A stretch of DNA of 64,000 bases from Candidatus Latescibacterota bacterium (GCA_965226795.1 CBDDDZ010000002.1:128001-192000), one strand, 5' to 3'; counted from the first letter of the stretch, positions 51,363 to 62,100 are shown. Made by a program: numbers and translations. Notes: generated by a model not told the origin, from the sequence alone.

Positions 51363-52538
51363 ATGCGAATTGAGCAGATTGAGATCAGGAATTACCGGCC
51401 CTTTCGTCACGCCGTGCTTGACAATCTGCCGCCCATGGCCGTAGTTGTCGGTGCCAACGGCTCGGGCAAGTCAACGCTCTTTGATGTGTTTAGCTTTCTC
51501 AAGGACGCGCTGGTCCAAAACGTCGCCATGGCGGTGGCGCGGCGCGGCGGGTTCCGCGAGTTGATTAGTCGGGGAGAGAATGGGCCGATTGAGGTCACCA
51601 TCAAATTCCGCGAGAGCGGCGGGCGGCTGGCCACCTATCTTTTGCAGGTGGTCGAGGACCATGGGCGCGTAGTCGTGGACCGCGAGATTCTGCGCTATCG
51701 TCGGGGCCAGTACGGAAAGCCCTGGCATTTTGTGGACTTCTCGTGTGGAGTGGGAACGGCGATCACGAATGAGTCCGTTTATGGTCAGGAAGGGGCTGTC
51801 GAGGAGCGGGAAGAATACGAGCTTGACGATCCAAGCATCTTGGCGATCAAGGGGCTGGGTCAATTCCGCGAATTCCGTGTTGTCTCGGAGTTCCGTAGTC
51901 TGATCGAGAACTGGCACGTCTCGGACTTCCACATCGCCGACGCCCGGCCAAGTGCCGAAGCCGGTTACGCCGAACATTTGTCTAACCGTGGCGATAATGT
52001 CGCTCAAGTCGCTCATTACCTCTATGAGCATTACCGCGAGTGCTTTGACCGAGTGCTGGAGGCCATGAGCCAGCGTGTTCCGGGCGTTAGCGGTGTTGAA
52101 GCCAAACCGACGGAGGACGGACGTCTCGTCCTACGCTTTCAGGATGGCAGCTTCAAGGATCCATTTATCGCCCGTTACGTCTCCGACGGCACGATCAAGA
52201 TGTTTGCCTACCTCGTGTTGCTTTATGACCCCAAGCCCCATCCGTTGCTTGCAATCGAAGAACCTGAAAACCAACTCTACCCCGAATTGTTAATAGAGTT
52301 GGCTGAGGAGTTTCGCGACTACGCCCGGCGCGGCGGCCAAGTGTTTGTTTCAACCCACTCGCCCGATTTTCTGAACGGGGTGGAAATCGGAGAGATTTTC
52401 TATCTGGTCAAGAAAGATGGCTTCACTACCGTACGTAGAGCGTCCAACGTCAAGTTGCTACGCGACCTCGTCGTTGAAGGCGACCTGCCAGGTTCGCTCT
52501 GGAAGCAAAGGCTCTTTGAGGGAGTCGGACCACGATGA
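51363..52538 (+). CDS. AAA_21-type ATPase
   Basis: GANGSGKS, VSDGTIK, IEEPENQLYP, STHS. Confidence 0.9.
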   Translation: MRIEQIEIRNYRPFRHAVLDNLPPMAVVVGANGSGKSTLFDVFSFLKDALVQNVAMAVARRGGFRELISRGENGPIEVTIKFRESGGRLATYLLQVVEDHGRVVVDREILRYRRGQYGKPWHFVDFSCGVGTAITNESVYGQEGAVEEREEYELDDPSILAIKGLGQFREFRVVSEFRSLIENWHVSDFHIADARPSAEAGYAEHLSNRGDNVAQVAHYLYEHYRECFDRVLEAMSQRVPGVSGVEAKPTEDGRLVLRFQDGSFKDPFIARYVSDGTIKMFAYLVLLYDPKPHPLLAIEEPENQLYPELLIELAEEFRDYARRGGQVFVSTHSPDFLNGVEIGEIFYLVKKDGFTTVRRASNVKLLRDLVVEGDLPGSLWKQRLFEGVGPR

Positions 52539-53087
52539 AGCGCATTGTTTTCCTATTGGAAGAGTTCTCAATGGAGGGCATGCTGGACGTCTTGCTGCCG
52601 AGGTTGTTTCCCGGACTGTCCTTTCAGTGCGTACCTCATGAAGGCAAACAGGACTTGGAGAAGAGCATACCTCGAAAGTTGAAGGCTTGGCATGAGCCGG
52701 GGGTGCTTTTCTGTGTGATCCGGGACAACGATAGCGGAGATTGCCGGGCACTGAAAGAAAAGCTTGTCGTGCTGTGCAAGTCGGGGGGCAGAGACGATAC
52801 GCTGGTCCGTATCGCCTGCCAGGAGTTGGAGGCCTGATATTTGGGAGAGCCGGACGGCGCTGGCGGAGGCGTTTGGAAATGAGAAGCTGCGGGGAATCGA
52901 AAATAAGGCACGCTTTCGTGACCCGGATGCGGTCATCAAGCCATCTGCGAAAATCCGCGATCTCGTTCCCGAATTCCAAAAGGTATCGGGCGCTCGCCGA
53001 ATTGCCCGGTATCTGACCCGTGACAGGAATAGGTCGGCGAGCTTTCGGGCTTTTCTCGGGGGAATCGAGAACCTGTGGCGCAATTAG
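52535..53087 (+). pseudogene. DUF4276 (TOPRIM-like) partner of the ATPase, disrupted
   Basis: FLLEE.S, HEGKQDLE, RDND.GDC, ELEA then TGA at 52835-52837 where W is expected, plus frameshift at ~52855; C-terminus NRSASF ends 53087. Confidence 0.8.
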
Positions 53088-53138
53088 TCGCGCTGCGGGT
53101 AGGGTCGCCCGTTCGGCTATCTATAAAGGAATAAGACC

Positions 53139-56100
53139 ATGGCCATTACAAATCAAGAACGCGTCGGCAAGGCGCTCGAACTCCTCAAGGCCGGGCTCGG
53201 CCCGTTTGTCGGGCGCGAGGTCCAGGACAGAATCGAGGTCGGTGGCGTACACATGGACGTGATCCGGCGCTTCGTCGATGATCCGCACCTGACGGACAAG
53301 CCCATAGAGAAGTGGGATGCCTCCGCACTCCTCAAGCTGATGTGGGATACGTGGAACGACGTATTCCGCAACACGTTGGGCCATGCCGAGCGCAGCCTCG
53401 TCAGCGAGATTCGCAGCCAGCGCAACAAGTGGGCGCACCAGGACAGATTCTCCGGCGACGACGCCGACCGCACGCTCGACTCTATCGCCCGCCTGCTGAT
53501 GGCAGTCTCCGCGCCGGAGGCGGACGAGGTCAACCGCATGAAGATGGAGTTGCGCCGTCTGATCTTTGAGGAGCAGGCGCGCAACGAGCACCGCCGAGGT
53601 GCCGGCGCCACCGTCGAAAGCCAGGTCGCCCCCGGCCTGAAGCCCTGGCGCGAGGTGGCAACGCCGCACACCGACGTGGCGACTGGCGGGTATCAGCAGG
53701 CGGAGTTCGCGGCGGATTTGTGGCAGGTTCATCTCGGAGAGGGCTCGGACGAGTACCGTGACCCGCGGGAGTTCTTCCGTCGGACGTACCTTACCGAAAG
53801 CCTGAGACGTCTGCTGGATGGCGCGGCGAGGAGGCTGGCCGGCAAGGGAAGTGACCCGGTGGTGCAGTTGCAGACCAACTTCGGCGGGGGCAAGACGCAC
53901 TCCATGCTGGCGCTTTACCACCTGTTTTCAGGCATTGCACCGGGAAAGCTCGAGGGTATGGACGAGGTGCTGGCGGGAGCGGCAGTCGATACGCCCTCGG
54001 CCGTACGGCGCGTGGTGCTTGTTGGCAACCGCATCTCCCCTGGCAATCCGGTGGAAAAACCGGACGGGACCGTGGTGCGCACTTTGTGGGGCGAACTCGC
54101 CTACCAGCTTGGCGGGCGAGATGCGTTTGAGCGGGTCCGCGCCGACGACGAACAGGCGACGAATCCCGGTGATGCGTTGCGCGAGCTATTCAACGAGTAC
54201 GGACCTTGCGTGGTGCTAATCGATGAGTGGGTGTCGTACGCGCGACAGCTCCACGATGAGGGAGATCTGCCCGGCGGCAGTTTTGAGACGCAGTTCACCT
54301 TTGCGCAGGCGCTAACCGAATCGGCGAAACTTACGGGCAACTGCCTGCTGGTGATTTCGCTTCCGGCTTCGGACACATCCGATTCGAGTTCGCCGCACGC
54401 AGAGGCTGACGATGCCGAGGTGGGCGGCATCCGGGGCCGCAGCGCCCTGGAACGCTTACGCAATGTACTCGGGCGGGTGGATTCGCCCTGGCGACCGGCA
54501 AGCGCAGAGGAGAGTTTCGAGATCGTGCGGCGGCGGCTGTTCGAACCGCTCGCGGGGACGGACGCCTTCAAACAACGCGATTTAACTGTGCAGGCTTTTG
54601 GGGAACTTTACCGCTCTCAACAGGTGGAGTTTCCCGTCGATTGTCGCACCATGGAATACCAGCGCCGCGTTCAGGCCGCATACCCGATTCATCCGGAGAT
54701 CTTTGACCGGCTCTACACGGACTGGTCCTCGCTTGCCAGGTTCCAGCGCACCCGCGGCGTGTTGCGACTGATGGCTTCGGTGATCCACAGCCTGTGGGAG
54801 AGTGGAGACCGCAATCCGATGATTCTTCCGTCCACCATCCCCATTGACGATCAGCGGGTGCAGAATGAGTTGACACGGTATTTGCCTGAAAACTGGACGC
54901 CCGTCATCGAAAAGGATGTTGACGGTCCCGGCGCCTTACCCCTCAGGATCGACGCCGAGGCGCCGAACCTCGGCAAACTCTCTGCGGCACGGCGGGTGGC
55001 GCGCACCGTTTATCTCGGTTCCGCGCCGACCACGGCAGCGGCCCACCGGGGTATCGATGATGCCCGGGTCAAGCTCGGCTGCGTGATGCCGGGGGAATCG
55101 CCTGCCATATTCGGCGATGCGCTGCGCAGGCTGGCGGCGGCGGCGACCTATCTCTACCAGGACGGTGCCCGGGTGTGGTATGCGACGCAGCCCACCGTCA
55201 CCAAGCTCGCCGAAGACCGCGCCGAGCAGTTGAGGGGGCAGCCCGACGAGGTGGCGGCGGAACTGGAAAAGCGACTCAAAACGGACCTGCGCGCGGCGGG
55301 AGACTTCGAGCGAATTCACCCGCTGCCCCGTTCAGGGGCGGACGTGCCCGACGACCTCGATGCACGGCTCGTGGTGCTTTCGGCGGAGCAGCCCTATTGG
55401 AAAGAGCCGGACAACGCGGCCCAGGTTGCCGCAAAAGACATCCTGGAGATGCGCGGCAACACGCCGAGGCTCTACCGGAATACGCTGGTCTTCCTTGCGG
55501 TGGACAGGGTGCGATGGCAGGACCTGGACGAAGCCCTGCGCAGGTACCTGGCGTGGGAGTCGATCCTCGAGGACAGGGTCGCACTCAACCTGGATCCGCA
55601 CCAGGCCCGCCAGGCCGAAAACCAGAAGAATGCGGCTAACGACACGGTCACGGCTCGCCTTCCGGAGGCATATCAGTGGCTGCTGGCGCCGGAGCAGTCT
55701 AACCCACAGTCGGCGCTGTCATGGAACGCGATCCGACTGACGGCCTCCGGCGGGCTCGCAGAACGGGCTTCCAGGCGACTGCGCAACGACGAGATGCTGG
55801 TTTCCACGCTCGGCGCCACGATTCTTCGGAAACACCTCGACGACGTGCCGCTCTGGCGCGGCGATCACGTAGAAGTCCGGCAACTCGTCCAGGACTTCGG
55901 GCAGTTCCTGTACCTTCCGCGGCTCGCGGGCCCGGACGTACTTATACGCGCGATTCAGGATGGCGTATCCCTGTTGTCCTGGAAAACCGACAGCTTCGCC
56001 TTTGCCGAGAGTTACGACCGTAGAGAAACGCTATCGGGGGCTGCGGGCAGCTGGAACGTCAATGTACCGCCAGAGAGCACGGCAATACTTGTGAAGCCGT

Positions 56101-56462
56101 TGATTGCCGGGGAGCAGTTGGAACGAGAGAAGCCGCGAGAACCGGGAGTAGAGACGCCCGGCGATCCTGAGGAAGAAATTCGACGTGACGACACACCACC
56201 TCCGACGCCGGAGCCACCCGAGGTGAAACCTCGCCGGTACCATGGCGCGGTGACGCTGGACGCCCAAAGGGTGGGCCGCGACGCCAGCCAGATCGCCGAC
56301 GAGGTAATCGCGCATCTTTCAGGGATCGTAGGCGCGGATGTGACGGTTACGCTGGAGATTCACGCGGAGATACCGGATGGGGCTCCGGAAACTGTCGTGC
56401 GGACGGTCACCGAGAACAGCCAGACGCTGAAATTCGAGAGCCACGGGTTCGAGGAGTCGTAG
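53139..56462 (+). CDS. Swt1-like HEPN + DUF499 AAA+ ATPase; restriction-like system component
   Basis: RNKWAHQ (RxxxxH HEPN), PWREVATPH, AEFAADL, TNFGGGKTHS, LIDE, YPIHPE, FQRTRGVLRL. Confidence 0.92.
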   Translation: MAITNQERVGKALELLKAGLGPFVGREVQDRIEVGGVHMDVIRRFVDDPHLTDKPIEKWDASALLKLMWDTWNDVFRNTLGHAERSLVSEIRSQRNKWAHQDRFSGDDADRTLDSIARLLMAVSAPEADEVNRMKMELRRLIFEEQARNEHRRGAGATVESQVAPGLKPWREVATPHTDVATGGYQQAEFAADLWQVHLGEGSDEYRDPREFFRRTYLTESLRRLLDGAARRLAGKGSDPVVQLQTNFGGGKTHSMLALYHLFSGIAPGKLEGMDEVLAGAAVDTPSAVRRVVLVGNRISPGNPVEKPDGTVVRTLWGELAYQLGGRDAFERVRADDEQATNPGDALRELFNEYGPCVVLIDEWVSYARQLHDEGDLPGGSFETQFTFAQALTESAKLTGNCLLVISLPASDTSDSSSPHAEADDAEVGGIRGRSALERLRNVLGRVDSPWRPASAEESFEIVRRRLFEPLAGTDAFKQRDLTVQAFGELYRSQQVEFPVDCRTMEYQRRVQAAYPIHPEIFDRLYTDWSSLARFQRTRGVLRLMASVIHSLWESGDRNPMILPSTIPIDDQRVQNELTRYLPENWTPVIEKDVDGPGALPLRIDAEAPNLGKLSAARRVARTVYLGSAPTTAAAHRGIDDARVKLGCVMPGESPAIFGDALRRLAAAATYLYQDGARVWYATQPTVTKLAEDRAEQLRGQPDEVAAELEKRLKTDLRAAGDFERIHPLPRSGADVPDDLDARLVVLSAEQPYWKEPDNAAQVAAKDILEMRGNTPRLYRNTLVFLAVDRVRWQDLDEALRRYLAWESILEDRVALNLDPHQARQAENQKNAANDTVTARLPEAYQWLLAPEQSNPQSALSWNAIRLTASGGLAERASRRLRNDEMLVSTLGATILRKHLDDVPLWRGDHVEVRQLVQDFGQFLYLPRLAGPDVLIRAIQDGVSLLSWKTDSFAFAESYDRRETLSGAAGSWNVNVPPESTAILVKPLIAGEQLEREKPREPGVETPGDPEEEIRRDDTPPPTPEPPEVKPRRYHGAVTLDAQRVGRDASQIADEVIAHLSGIVGADVTVTLEIHAEIPDGAPETVVRTVTENSQTLKFESHGFEES

Positions 56463-56476
56463 CGACGGCCCCACAA

Positions 56477-56497
56477 TGCGGGCGCGACGCCCGCGCA
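56477..56497 (-). repeat. Degenerate REP family 2 copy
   Basis: TGCGGGCGCGACGCCCGCGCA just after the DUF499 stop. Confidence 0.65.
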
Positions 56498-56579
56498 TAT
56501 GTGAGTGTTGGAACCCAGCCAATTCGACCTGATAAGGGAACGCACGTGGAGTTCGCCCCAGGCCAAATCGTATGCCTAG

Positions 56580-58207
56580 GAGTCTGCGCCGCAGGAGTTT
56601 TTACAAAGGGCGAGATGTGTGTGTGTTGGGTTCGGTGTTATGTTGGGAGTGGTATGATGAGTTTCGGGCGCGGTCATCGTGGCAGTCAGGCGTGTTGAGG
56701 GCGAGATATTAGGGATCGTGGCTTCCCCGAGTCCACAAGGACAGGACGCCCTAACTCATGCCTCAACACATCGTCAACGCTGCCATCCGCTTGGCGTTCA
56801 ACGCCAGGCAGACCAGGTACCACTCGGCACGCACCTTTTCCAGACCCCGGAAGCTGAAGCGTCGGAAGCCCAATATCTCCTTGATCCATCCGTTGGGCGC
56901 CTCCGAGAGCCACTTGCGCTTCGCATACAGGCCCCGACCTTCCGGGCTCGCCAGTTTTTCGCCCATGCGATGCGTCGCCGGAAGCGTCTCCGAATCGACG
57001 TCCACCCTTTCCTTGCCCTCCCGCCCCAGCGCCACGTAACCATCGATGCCACGTTCCTCAAGCGTGGCCAGGTCCTCCTCGTTGCAGTAGCCCGCGTCCG
57101 CCAGAACCGCACCGGGCTTGACCCCGAATGTCTCTTCCACCCCGTCGAGTAAGGGAAGCATGAGGCCCTGGTCGGTGGCCGCTGACCCCAGATGCGAAGC
57201 CACGATGATCTGACGCTCGGCGTCCACCACCGTCTGGGCGTTGTAGCACTGCTGGAAACCCTCCGCGCTCGTCTTCATGATCCGAGACTCGGGGTCCGTG
57301 AAGTTGCTCTGAGCTTTCGGGTCGGGCTCGCCATAGGCTCTTTTGTACGGCCGCCCGCCCTTCGGGTTGCGATCCTGACCGGGCTTGCGCCCGCGCGCAT
57401 CGTCGACGGCTCGTTGCGATGCTTTTAGACGCTCCCGAGCCGCCCTGATCGCCGCCAGACGAACCTGCCTGCGCTGCAACTCGACCGGCAACTCGTCGCC
57501 ACGAACATCCGCGCCGTAACGCGCGTCCTCCTCGGCATCAATCGACACAGCCCCCGCCAGCAACGCCTCGATCTCTTTCTCCAGACGAGCCTGTTCCTTC
57601 AACATCCGCTCGTAACTCATGGCCTTGCGCTTGCTCGCCTTCGCTCGTACCTTCGTGCCGTCTAAAGATAGCGTCCCGAAATGTACCAGACCCATCTCCC
57701 GCGCCACACCAACCACCTCCACGAACAAACGCCCGAAATCTTTTAGGTGACGACGACGAAACTCGCAGATCGTCCGGTGTTGTGGAAAATTGCCTGCCGC
57801 CAACATACGAAACGCCACGTCCTCCTCCAGCTTCCGAGCGATCGCACGAGACGAATGCACACCCGTCGCGTACCCATATATCAATACCTTCAACATCATC
57901 GATGGCTCATAAGGTGCGTTGCGACGCCCATCGCCTTCATACGGCGCGTAGAATGATCCCAGATCCAGTGAATCCACCAGATCGCTCACCTGATGCGACA
58001 GATGACCTTCAGGCACCCACTCCCGAAGATCGGGCGCCAACAGCAATATCTGGTCCGGGTGATACGCACGAAAGGTCGTCGGCATCGATAGCTCCCTCCG
58101 TTGACACAACGCACAACCTCTTTACTGCTTGACATTTCTAAACTGCACGACCCATTATACCTACCATTACCTGTCCATTGAAATGAATTTTCCTGCGGCG
58201 CAGACTC
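56580..58207 (-). mobile_element. IS1182-family insertion sequence
   Basis: Perfect 17 bp IR GAGTCTGCGCCGCAGGA, flanked by CTAG at 56576-56579 and 58208-58211. Confidence 0.9.
56763..58109 (-). CDS. IS1182 transposase (apparently intact)
   Basis: LLLAPDLREWVP, SSRAIARK, LDGTKV, NFTDPES, YNAQ, ADAGY, GFRRFSFRG. Confidence 0.92.
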   Translation of the reverse strand: MCQRRELSMPTTFRAYHPDQILLLAPDLREWVPEGHLSHQVSDLVDSLDLGSFYAPYEGDGRRNAPYEPSMMLKVLIYGYATGVHSSRAIARKLEEDVAFRMLAAGNFPQHRTICEFRRRHLKDFGRLFVEVVGVAREMGLVHFGTLSLDGTKVRAKASKRKAMSYERMLKEQARLEKEIEALLAGAVSIDAEEDARYGADVRGDELPVELQRRQVRLAAIRAARERLKASQRAVDDARGRKPGQDRNPKGGRPYKRAYGEPDPKAQSNFTDPESRIMKTSAEGFQQCYNAQTVVDAERQIIVASHLGSAATDQGLMLPLLDGVEETFGVKPGAVLADAGYCNEEDLATLEERGIDGYVALGREGKERVDVDSETLPATHRMGEKLASPEGRGLYAKRKWLSEAPNGWIKEILGFRRFSFRGLEKVRAEWYLVCLALNAKRMAALTMC

Positions 58208-58238
58208 CTAGTGTCCAATCCGTCTCTTAAAGGCGCGG

Positions 58239-58427
58239 TTGTCAAGCATTGGATCTGTGCAAACTCACTGGACGGATATGAAGACGATACTTGAAGTAGT
58301 GGCTGAGTCCGATTCCACTTTTGTGGACCGTAGTGATGCCTGGAGTGAGCAAGACCAGGAAGATCTAACGTCGGCTTCCTTACATTACGCAGAGACACTC
58401 TACCCGGAGGAGGAGGATCTTGTTTAG
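58239..58427 (+). CDS. Small acidic protein, putative antitoxin
   Basis: Acidic 62 aa ORF overlapping the start of the MazF-like gene; start uncertain. Confidence 0.45.
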   Translation: MSSIGSVQTHWTDMKTILEVVAESDSTFVDRSDAWSEQDQEDLTSASLHYAETLYPEEEDLV

Positions 58428-58713
58428 TCCGAGTGATGTGGTGGTACTTGACTTTCCTGGGGTGACGGGCGTTAAACGCCGACCAACGGTGGTCGTTTCC
58501 TCCCCGGCTTATCATACTTCACGGCCCGATTTGGTCGTTGGCCTGATTACTGGCCAAACCGTGGCAGTTGGACCTACGGACTATGTATTTCAGGATTGGT
58601 CGCAGGCGGGCTTGAGGATTCCCTCGGTTTTTCGCAGTTTTTTCGTCACGCTGCCCCGTACTACCCATCCTGCGCGTGTCGGTCATCTGTCTGACCACGA
58701 TTGGAAGGGGTAA
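58420..58713 (+). CDS. PemK/MazF-family toxin, C-terminal helix probably frameshifted
   Basis: DVVVLDFPG...KRRPTVVVS, GLITG, AGLRIPS; shifted frame continues VSGCVRTALE to 58760. Confidence 0.75.
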   Translation: MFSPSDVVVLDFPGVTGVKRRPTVVVSSPAYHTSRPDLVVGLITGQTVAVGPTDYVFQDWSQAGLRIPSVFRSFFVTLPRTTHPARVGHLSDHDWKG

Positions 58714-58783
58714 GTGGGTGTGTTAGAACTGCCTTGGAGCCACTGGCTTCCACTCCGTGATCGGCTCCCGACAGGCACAACAA

Positions 58784-58865
58784 TGCGGGCGGGACGCCCG
58801 CGCCCCCAGGAAGTGTTCGGGCGGTACCGAGCGATAGTCGAGGGCAGGATGCCCTCGGTCCCAGG
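58784..58865 (-). repeat. Adjacent REP family 2 and family 1 copies at island edge
   Basis: TGCGGGCGGGACGCCCGCGCCCCCAG at 58784-58809 and CGAGGGCAGGATGCCCTCGGTCCCAGG at 58839-58865. Confidence 0.85.
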
Positions 58866-59106
58866 ATCCCCACGTTGGGTGTGACGGCTTTGGGCCAATA
58901 TCACCGCCCCCCAGGGAGTTCACGCGAAACGAGTAGGTCGAGTCGTTGAATGAACCAATACGAATACCCACCGAATTTTGATCCAACTCAGCGGTTCGCG
59001 CAAAACGGCCGGTTTTGAATTTGCGTTGACGCCCGGCGTGCGCGGACCTGGGCGACTCATTGTTGCGCTCGAGGAGGTATTCGAGCCGAACGGAGGAGGT
59101 TGAACC

Positions 59107-62100
59107 ATGGCATTCTCACATGCGATTCACGAGACGGATCTGAGGAAAGGTGTCTGTATTTCTGCGCCGGCGGCGGGTCCCTACCAGGATGCGGCCGGGC
59201 GTCTGAAGGTGACGCTGGAGGACACGCTATCGGGCCAAGTGGAGGTGCTGCCGGACGGGGAGTTGGATGCGGGGGGGCGACACGTGATCGCGCTGGGGAA
59301 TATGATGGACAGCGCGTTCCTGCGCACGCTCTACTTCCGGGCCTACGATCTGACCGACCGGGTGTGGCCGGGTCCCGGGGGGTGGGTAGTGCGTACGGCG
59401 CCTCATTCGTTGGCCGGCGTGGGGCACGTTGTCGTGGCGGGCGTGAGCAGCGCGGAGGACATACACGGTGCGGCAGGGGCGCTGGCCGGTGCGATAGCGG
59501 AAAATGGTGCTATACTGCCGTTCCACTACGAGGTGCATCCGGGGCGGTGGTCGGACCATTACGTAACGCCGGCGAACGAGTTGATGTCAAAAAGTAATCG
59601 GGACATCGAGCAGGAATCCATTGGCGGGGGATCGGGCGACTGGACCTATATGATGGTTGTGGCCGATATCGGGATGCTCGCGGTGCAGACGGGAAATGAA
59701 GCGTTGATGTCGATGTTCTGCCATCAAATCTGCCACTTCGCCCGCACGCGCTGGTTCGAGCGGAAGCTGGAGGACCCCACGTTGATCCACGGGTTCATCC
59801 GGGTGCTGCTGCTGCCGTTCTCAATTCTCGAAAACCACCCCTCGCTTCCCTCCGCACAGCGGGAGGAGACACTGGAGGCGCTGCTGGGACTCTTCAGATC
59901 CGCGGAAGGGGCCGGCAATACCGGGCTTCTGAACTGCGTGGGCGTGGACCGGGTGCGCCAGAACCATCAGACCCGTTCCGCGTTGGACCTCTTTTACGGC
60001 GGCCGGTATTTCCACCAGGTGCATGGACTTGCGGAGGGCTTGGCGTGGATGAAGTTGGCCGAGGTTTTCTTCGCGCCGCAGATGGAGTCCAACAAGCCCG
60101 TTTGTGACTCATGGGGACATCAGTGGGGGGCCTCTCTGTTCAATACGGCGGACTACGCGCTGGCCTCGGGTAAGACCGGCTACTTTTCAAGCGTCCCGTA
60201 CCTGGAGGGCGTGGACCGGGCGCTTGTCGCGCATAGCAACCTGGAACGCGGGCCGGAACAATACTGCCGTATGGCCGCGGCGGTAACGGGCAACGACGAG
60301 TACCTGCAGCTTTGTGAATCCATCGACGAAGACGCGGTGGCGGAACGGACCATTCGGGGGGCTGAGGAGCCCCTGCGGACATGGGTGACGGGACGGCGGG
60401 CGGCGGCGCCCGAACGTTTGGGTCGGGTCGGCGTGGCCCCCCTTTCGCGGTTGTTCTACGATTCGATCGAAGACTATACCACGTTTGCGCCGGAGAATGG
60501 CGTGTATCTGCGGAATCTGCCCTATGAACGGACGTTCGACAAGGTGTACTTCCGATCCGGATGGACGGATCAGGACGATTACCTGCTTCTGGACGGGATC
60601 TCGGGAGGCTCGCATTCGTATCAGGATGGCAACTGTATCGTGCGTTACACGAGCCGGGGCGCGTCGTGGTTCAAGAGTTCCGGTGGCAATGCGCCGGCAA
60701 CCGTTCGGGATTACACGGGCGTGAGTGTTTCGGTAGACGGCGCCGGACCGGGGTGCGAGTCCAGGTACGCGGCGCTGCGGTATCTTGAAGAAGGCGAGTC
60801 GCTTTCCGTAGCCGGCACGTCGATGACCTATCCCGAGCAGGGGGACTGGTATCGGCATATCGTGTCCAGCCGCGACGGATGGTTTCTGGTCGTCGACGAG
60901 GTCTGGCCCGCTGTGTCAGGAGAGTTTCTGGTGGAGTGCCGGTGGCACCTTCCGGGTGACGCGACCCTGTCCGGTGGGCTGTTGCGTTCGGTTCAGGGCG
61001 ATGCGCAATTGAGCATGCGCCACGTGGGAAGCGGTCGCCAGGAATTGGTGGCATCGGACTATTGGTGCGTAGAGGACCACTCGCGGTGGATACAGCGATC
61101 GGTGGCAACGCTCCAGCCGGGCACAGGGATCCGGTTCGGAACGCTTTTCTGGTCTGACCCGGTCAGTGGTGGCAGGGATTTCAGTCTGGTCGAGGAGAAA
61201 GCCGGCTTTCGGATTGAGGGGGGCGGCGAGCCCGTCGCGGTTGTACTCGCGGAGACAATTGAGACCCCGGTGGTCACGGCCTCCGTTGCGACGCTGCCCA
61301 CAGCCGGCCGAAATGTCGATGCGTCCGATTCCACGCCATTCCGGATTGCCGGCGGCGAAGCGGGGCCTGTATGGCGTACACGGTGTGTAAATGCCGTGAC
61401 GGCACTGGACATCGGGATGGACAGAGGGTTCGGCGGCGACGGCGGCGGGGTGACCGCGTTCAATCCCGACGGAGGCGTACTCTGGAAACGAGAGATCGAA
61501 GGCGGCGTCCGGGCGCTCGCGGCCCTGAGTGACGGCGGCGCCGCAGCGGGCGGCGACGGGGAGACCGTGCACCGGCTGGATGCTTCCGGAGACACGGTCT
61601 GGTCCTATCGGATCCGGTGGCAGCCAATGAACTGGGATAGCTGGTCCAGGAAGAACTGCGTGGTACTGAGCCTGGCGACCGGCGATATTGACGGGGATGG
61701 CCGGGAGGAGATTCTGGTAGGATGTGCGGACCGGCACGTCTACGCTTTCGAAGCCGAGGGCAACCTGTTGTGGCGTTCCCCCTGCCAATGGGGTCCGCCG
61801 GTTTGTCTGGAAACCGCGCGCCTGACGGAGGGTACGGAGCAGCAGACGCTCGCCGGCCTGGCGGACCCGGCCATTCACGCGCACACCCTGGTTTTCGGGA
61901 AGGACGGGAAGCTCTCGCGGACCCTGCAGCGCCCGGACATCGTGAGTTGGTCGATTCCTTCGTGGTCCCGCTGCCTGCGGGTGGCGGACGTGGACGGGGA
62001 CGGCCGGGACGAGGTGATCAGCGGGGTGGATACGAACCACCGGCAGTTGATCGTGTACGGGCGGGACGGCGAGGTGGTCTGGGACGCGGACCTGGGAGGC

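Noticed and set aside
52835..52837. TGA recoded as Trp or selenocysteine
   Set aside because: Followed by a frameshift, and TGA is used as an ordinary stop throughout the window
58100..58160. Outward-facing sigma70 promoter in the IS1182 end (TTGACA boxes)
   Set aside because: No convincing -10 box at canonical spacing
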